Assembly (NCBI RefSeq): GCF_030384885.1
Contig: NZ_CP128613.1
Length of the DNA: 64,000 bases
Strand: one strand, 5' to 3'
From: Escherichia coli
GTDB taxonomy: Bacteria > Pseudomonadota > Gammaproteobacteria > Enterobacterales > Enterobacteriaceae
The position numbers and the translations under genes are program-made. Shown here piece after piece: positions 59,558 to 64,000 of the stretch; the first letter of the stretch is position 1; each line of letters begins with the position of its first letter. Under the pieces are notes generated by a model, which saw only the letters and a list, made by a program, of their open reading frames with translations, searched no databases and had not been told where the DNA came from.

Positions 59558-61795
59558 GTGGACTGGCTTCTTGATGTTTTTGCAACCTGGCTATATGGCT
59601 TAAAAGTAATCGCGATAACGTTAGCGGTCATCATGTTCATCAGCGGGCTGGACGATTTTTTTATTGATGTCGTCTACTGGGTACGCCGCATTAAACGCAA
59701 GTTGAGTGTTTATCGCCGCTACCCGCGAATGAGTTACCGCGAACTGTATAAACCAGATGAAAAACCGTTAGCGATTATGGTTCCGGCGTGGAATGAAACG
59801 GGCGTCATCGGCAATATGGCCGAGCTGGCGGCGACCACGCTCGACTATGAAAACTATCATATCTTTGTTGGCACCTACCCCAACGACCCCGATACTCAGC
59901 GTGATGTTGACGAAGTGTGCGCTCGCTTCCCAAACGTGCATAAGGTAGTCTGCGCGCGTCCTGGCCCCACCAGCAAAGCCGACTGCCTGAACAACGTGCT
60001 GGACGCCATCACCCAGTTTGAGCGTAGCGCCAATTTCGCTTTTGCTGGTTTTATTCTGCATGACGCCGAAGACGTAATTTCACCGATGGAATTGCGTCTG
60101 TTCAACTATCTGGTCGAGCGTAAAGATCTGATTCAGATCCCGGTATACCCATTCGAACGCGAATGGACGCACTTCACCAGCATGACTTACATTGATGAGT
60201 TTTCAGAACTGCATGGCAAAGATGTTCCGGTGCGTGAAGCCCTCGCCGGACAAGTGCCCAGCGCAGGCGTCGGTACTTGTTTCAGCCGCCGCGCCGTGAC
60301 CGCACTGTTAGCTGACGGTGACGGTATTGCTTTCGACGTGCAGAGTCTTACTGAAGATTACGACATTGGTTTCCGCCTGAAAGAAAAAGGTATGACGGAA
60401 ATTTTTGTCCGTTTTCCGGTGGTGGACGAAGCCAAAGAACGCGAGCAGCGTAAATTTTTACAGCACGCGCGGACGTCAAACATGATCTGCGTGCGCGAAT
60501 ATTTCCCCGATACCTTTTCGACGGCGGTTCGACAAAAGTCTCGCTGGATCATCGGCATTGTTTTCCAGGGCTTTAAAACCCATAAATGGACCTCCAGCCT
60601 GACGCTGAACTACTTTCTCTGGCGCGACCGCAAAGGGGCAATCAGTAACTTTGTCAGCTTCCTCGCGATGCTGGTGATGATCCAGCTTTTGCTGTTACTG
60701 GCGTATGAAAGTTTGTGGCCCGATGCCTGGCATTTCCTTTCTATTTTCAGCGGCAGCACATGGTTAATGACCCTGCTGTGGCTAAACTTTGGTTTGATGG
60801 TTAACCGCATCGTGCAGCGGGTGATTTTTGTCACTGGCTACTACGGTCTGACGCAGGGGCTGCTATCTGTCCTGCGTCTTTTCTGGGGCAACCTGATTAA
60901 CTTCATGGCCAACTGGCGCGCGTTAAAACAGGTGCTTCAACACGGCGATCCACGTCGCGTCGCGTGGGATAAAACAACGCATGACTTCCCCAGCGTCACT
61001 GGCGATACCCGCTCGTTGCGCCCGTTAGGTCAAATTCTGCTGGAAAATCAGGTCATCACTGAAGAACAACTCGATACGGCACTGCGTAATCGTGTCGAAG
61101 GTCTACGCCTGGGCGGTTCAATGCTGATGCAGGGGCTGATTAGCGCCGAACAGCTGGCACAGGCACTGGCAGAGCAAAACGGCGTGGCGTGGGAGTCCAT
61201 CGATGCCTGGCAGATCCCTTCTTCGCTGATTGCCGCGATGCCGGCCTCCGTGGCGCTGCATTATGCGGTGCTACCGCTGCGTCTGGAAAATGATGAGTTA
61301 ATTGTCGGCAGTGAAGATGGTATTGACCCGGTTTCGCTGGCAGCCCTGACGCGTAAAGTTGGACGCAAAGTGCGTTACGTCATTGTTCTGCGAGGACAAA
61401 TTGTCACCGGATTACGTCACTGGTATGCACGCCGACGCGGTCACGATCCGCGGGCAATGTTGTACAATGCGGTTCAGCATCAGTGGCTCACGGAACAGCA
61501 GGCCGGTGAAATCTGGCGGCAATATGTGCCGCATCAGTTCCTGTTCGCCGAAATACTGACCACGCTCGGTCATATTAATCGTTCAGCAATTAACGTGTTG
61601 TTATTGCGCCATGAACGCAGTTCTCTGCCGCTCGGCAAGTTTTTGGTCACCGAAGGCGTTATCAGCCAGGAAACGTTGGATCGCGTCCTGACAATTCAAC
61701 GCGAATTACAAGTTTCGATGCAATCACTATTACTCAAAGTAGGTTTAAACACAGAACAGGTTGCGCAACTGGAGTCCGAAAATGAAGGAGAATAA
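59558..61795 (+). CDS. nfrB: bacteriophage N4 adsorption protein B (family-2 glycosyltransferase, c-di-GMP-binding)
   Basis: 745-aa ORF recognised as NfrB; apparent GTG start. Confidence 0.92.
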   Translation: MDWLLDVFATWLYGLKVIAITLAVIMFISGLDDFFIDVVYWVRRIKRKLSVYRRYPRMSYRELYKPDEKPLAIMVPAWNETGVIGNMAELAATTLDYENYHIFVGTYPNDPDTQRDVDEVCARFPNVHKVVCARPGPTSKADCLNNVLDAITQFERSANFAFAGFILHDAEDVISPMELRLFNYLVERKDLIQIPVYPFEREWTHFTSMTYIDEFSELHGKDVPVREALAGQVPSAGVGTCFSRRAVTALLADGDGIAFDVQSLTEDYDIGFRLKEKGMTEIFVRFPVVDEAKEREQRKFLQHARTSNMICVREYFPDTFSTAVRQKSRWIIGIVFQGFKTHKWTSSLTLNYFLWRDRKGAISNFVSFLAMLVMIQLLLLLAYESLWPDAWHFLSIFSGSTWLMTLLWLNFGLMVNRIVQRVIFVTGYYGLTQGLLSVLRLFWGNLINFMANWRALKQVLQHGDPRRVAWDKTTHDFPSVTGDTRSLRPLGQILLENQVITEEQLDTALRNRVEGLRLGGSMLMQGLISAEQLAQALAEQNGVAWESIDAWQIPSSLIAAMPASVALHYAVLPLRLENDELIVGSEDGIDPVSLAALTRKVGRKVRYVIVLRGQIVTGLRHWYARRRGHDPRAMLYNAVQHQWLTEQQAGEIWRQYVPHQFLFAEILTTLGHINRSAINVLLLRHERSSLPLGKFLVTEGVISQETLDRVLTIQRELQVSMQSLLLKVGLNTEQVAQLESENEGE

Positions 61796-64000
61796 CCTTA
61801 ATCGCGTCATCGGATGGTCTGGTTTACTGCTGACGTCTTTATTGAGTACCAGCGCACTCGCAGACAATATCGGCACCAGCGCAGAAGAGCTGGGGCTGAG
61901 CAATTATCGCCATTTTGTTATTTATCCCCGTCTCGATAAGGCGCTGAAGGCACAGAAAAATAACGACGAAGCAACCGCCATCCGCGAATTTGAATATATA
62001 CACCAGCAGGTGCCGGATAATATTCCGCTGACTTTATACCTTGCGGAAGCCTATCGCCATTTTGGTCATGATGACCGGGCGCGGCTGTTGCTTGAGGATC
62101 AACTGAAACGTCACCCAGGAGATGCCCGACTTGAGCGCAGTCTGGCGGCTATTCCAGTTGAAGTGAAAAGCGTTACGACTGTTGAAGAACTGCTTGCCCA
62201 GCAAAAAGCGTGCGACGCTGCGCCGACCCTGCGTTGTCGCAGTGAAGTCGGGCAGAATGCCCTGCGGCTGGCACAATTACCTGTCGCCAGAGCGCAACTG
62301 AACGATGCGACGTTTGCTGCATCGACGGAAGGAAAAACGCTGCGAACCGATCTGCTGCAACGCGCAATCTACCTGAAACAATGGTCCCAGGCAGATACGC
62401 TATACAATGAAGCACGCCAGCAGAACACATTAAGCGCGGCAGAACGCCGTCAGTGGTTTGACGTGCTTCTTGCCGGGCAGCTGGATGATCGGATCCTGGC
62501 GCTGCAATCACAGGGGATCTTCACCGATCCACAGTCATATATTACTTACGCGACCGCGCTGGCTTATCGTGGCGAGAAAGCACGCCTCCAGCATTATCTC
62601 ATTGAAAATAAGCCGCTGTTTACCACGGACGCACAAGAGAAAAGTTGGCTCTATCTGTTATCTAAATACAGCGCCAACCCCGTTCAGGCGTTGGCGAATT
62701 ATACGGTACAGTTTGCCGATAACCGCCAGTATGTTGTTGGCGCGACGCTACCGGTGCTGTTAAAAGAAGGTCAGTACGACGCAGCGCAAAAACTGCTCGC
62801 CACCCTCCCCGCCAATGAAATGCTTGAGGAGCGTTATACCGTTAGCGTAGCGACCCATAACAAGGCTGAAGCTCTGCGTCTGGCACGATTGCTATATCAG
62901 CAAGAACCGGCAAATCTTACCCGCCTGGATCAACTGACCTGGCAACTGATGCAGAACGAGCAGTCACGCGAAGCTGCCGATTTATTGCTGCAACGCTATC
63001 CTTTCCAGGGCGATGCGCGTGTCAGCCAGACTTTAATGGCGCGACTGGCGTCTCTGCTGGAAAGTCATCCTTACCTGGCAACTCCGGCGAAGGTGGCGAT
63101 TTTATCGAAACCCTTACCGCTGGCGGAGCAACGTCAGTGGCAAAGTCAGTTGCCGGGTATTGCAGATAATTGCCCGGCAATAGTTCGCTTGCTGGGCGAT
63201 ATGTCGCCTTCCTACGATGCTGCCGCCTGGAACCGTCTGGCAAAGTGTTATCGGGACACGCTACCCGGTGTGGCGTTGTATGCATGGCTTCAGGCCGAAC
63301 AACGGCAACCGAACGCCTGGCAACATCGTGCGGTAGCCTATCAGGCGTATCAGGTTGAGGATTACGCCACCGCACTGGCGGCCTGGCAGAAAATCAGTCT
63401 TCACGACATGAGCAATGAGGATCTGCTTGCTGCTGCCAATACCGCCCAGGCGGCAGGAAATGGTGCGGCTCGCGATCGCTGGCTTCAGCAGGCAGAACAA
63501 CGTGGGCTGGGAAACAATGCCCTCTACTGGTGGCTGCATGCGCAACGTTACATTCCTGGTCAGCCGGAACTCGCACTGAACGATCTCACGCGCTCAATCA
63601 ATATTGCGCCTTCTGCCAACGCTTACGTTGCGCGGGCGACAATTTATCGCCAACGTCATAATGTCCCGGCGGCGGTGAGTGATTTGCGCGCCGCTCTGGA
63701 ACTGGAACCGAATAATAGCAACACCCAGGCAGCGCTCGGTTACGCCTTGTGGGATAGCGGTGATATCGCACAGTCGCGGGAAATGCTCGAACAGGCGCAT
63801 AAAGGGCTACCGGACGATCCGGCACTTATCCGACAACTGGCCTACGTGAACCAGCGTCTGGATGATATGCCTGCGACGCAGCACTACGCCCGGCTGGTGA
63901 TTGATGACATTGATAATCAGGCGCTGATAACCCCACTGACCCCAGAGCAAAATCAGCAACGCTTCAATTTCCGCCGTCTGCATGAGGAGGTCGGTCGCCG
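61782..64000 (+). CDS. nfrA: bacteriophage N4 adsorption protein A (outer membrane, TPR-containing); 3'-partial, continues beyond the window
   Basis: ATG at 61782 overlapping nfrB end; signal peptide MKENNLNRVIGWSGLLLTSLLSTSALA; open frame to window end. Confidence 0.9.
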   Translation, partial: MKENNLNRVIGWSGLLLTSLLSTSALADNIGTSAEELGLSNYRHFVIYPRLDKALKAQKNNDEATAIREFEYIHQQVPDNIPLTLYLAEAYRHFGHDDRARLLLEDQLKRHPGDARLERSLAAIPVEVKSVTTVEELLAQQKACDAAPTLRCRSEVGQNALRLAQLPVARAQLNDATFAASTEGKTLRTDLLQRAIYLKQWSQADTLYNEARQQNTLSAAERRQWFDVLLAGQLDDRILALQSQGIFTDPQSYITYATALAYRGEKARLQHYLIENKPLFTTDAQEKSWLYLLSKYSANPVQALANYTVQFADNRQYVVGATLPVLLKEGQYDAAQKLLATLPANEMLEERYTVSVATHNKAEALRLARLLYQQEPANLTRLDQLTWQLMQNEQSREAADLLLQRYPFQGDARVSQTLMARLASLLESHPYLATPAKVAILSKPLPLAEQRQWQSQLPGIADNCPAIVRLLGDMSPSYDAAAWNRLAKCYRDTLPGVALYAWLQAEQRQPNAWQHRAVAYQAYQVEDYATALAAWQKISLHDMSNEDLLAAANTAQAAGNGAARDRWLQQAEQRGLGNNALYWWLHAQRYIPGQPELALNDLTRSINIAPSANAYVARATIYRQRHNVPAAVSDLRAALELEPNNSNTQAALGYALWDSGDIAQSREMLEQAHKGLPDDPALIRQLAYVNQRLDDMPATQHYARLVIDDIDNQALITPLTPEQNQQRFNFRRLHEEVGR

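Overview
This window reads as an Escherichia coli-type chromosomal segment, colinear with but inverted relative to the K-12 cit–ahp–ybd–ent/fep/fes–cus–nfr region. All calls rest on recognising the translated ORFs and motifs by eye; no database search was run and no coordinates were checked against a reference. From left to right the core genes are citX-citG-citT, rna, rnk, uspG, ahpF-ahpC, dsbG, ybdO, ybdN-ybdM, ybdL, ybdH, ybdD-cstA, the complete enterobactin cluster (entH-A-B-E-C, fepB, entS, fepDGC, fepE, entF, ybdZ, fes, fepA, entD), ybdK-ybdJ-ybdF-nfsB-mscM, pheP, cusABFC/cusRS and nfrB-nfrA (nfrA runs off the window end). Three places depart from the K-12 gene order I remember. First, about 6.9 kb between cusS and nfrB (52620-59557) holds an AT-rich ORF-less stretch, a 5'-truncated Rhs remnant whose C-terminal domain looks like a PD-(D/E)xK nuclease toxin, a small AT-rich candidate immunity gene, a second Rhs core fragment, an H-repeat (ISAs1-family) transposase gene, a group II intron with its reverse transcriptase inserted antisense at the H-repeat 3' end, and a partial second H-repeat copy. 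Second, the entD–ybdK interval carries three tandem, diverged ~503-bp hok/mok/sok-type toxin–antitoxin units rather than one, with no IS186. Third, ybdR is missing between rnk and uspG. The orphan Rhs toxin/immunity module is the best candidate for something undescribed, but it belongs to a known class and its specific fold is only inferred. No rRNA, tRNA or CRISPR array was recognised.
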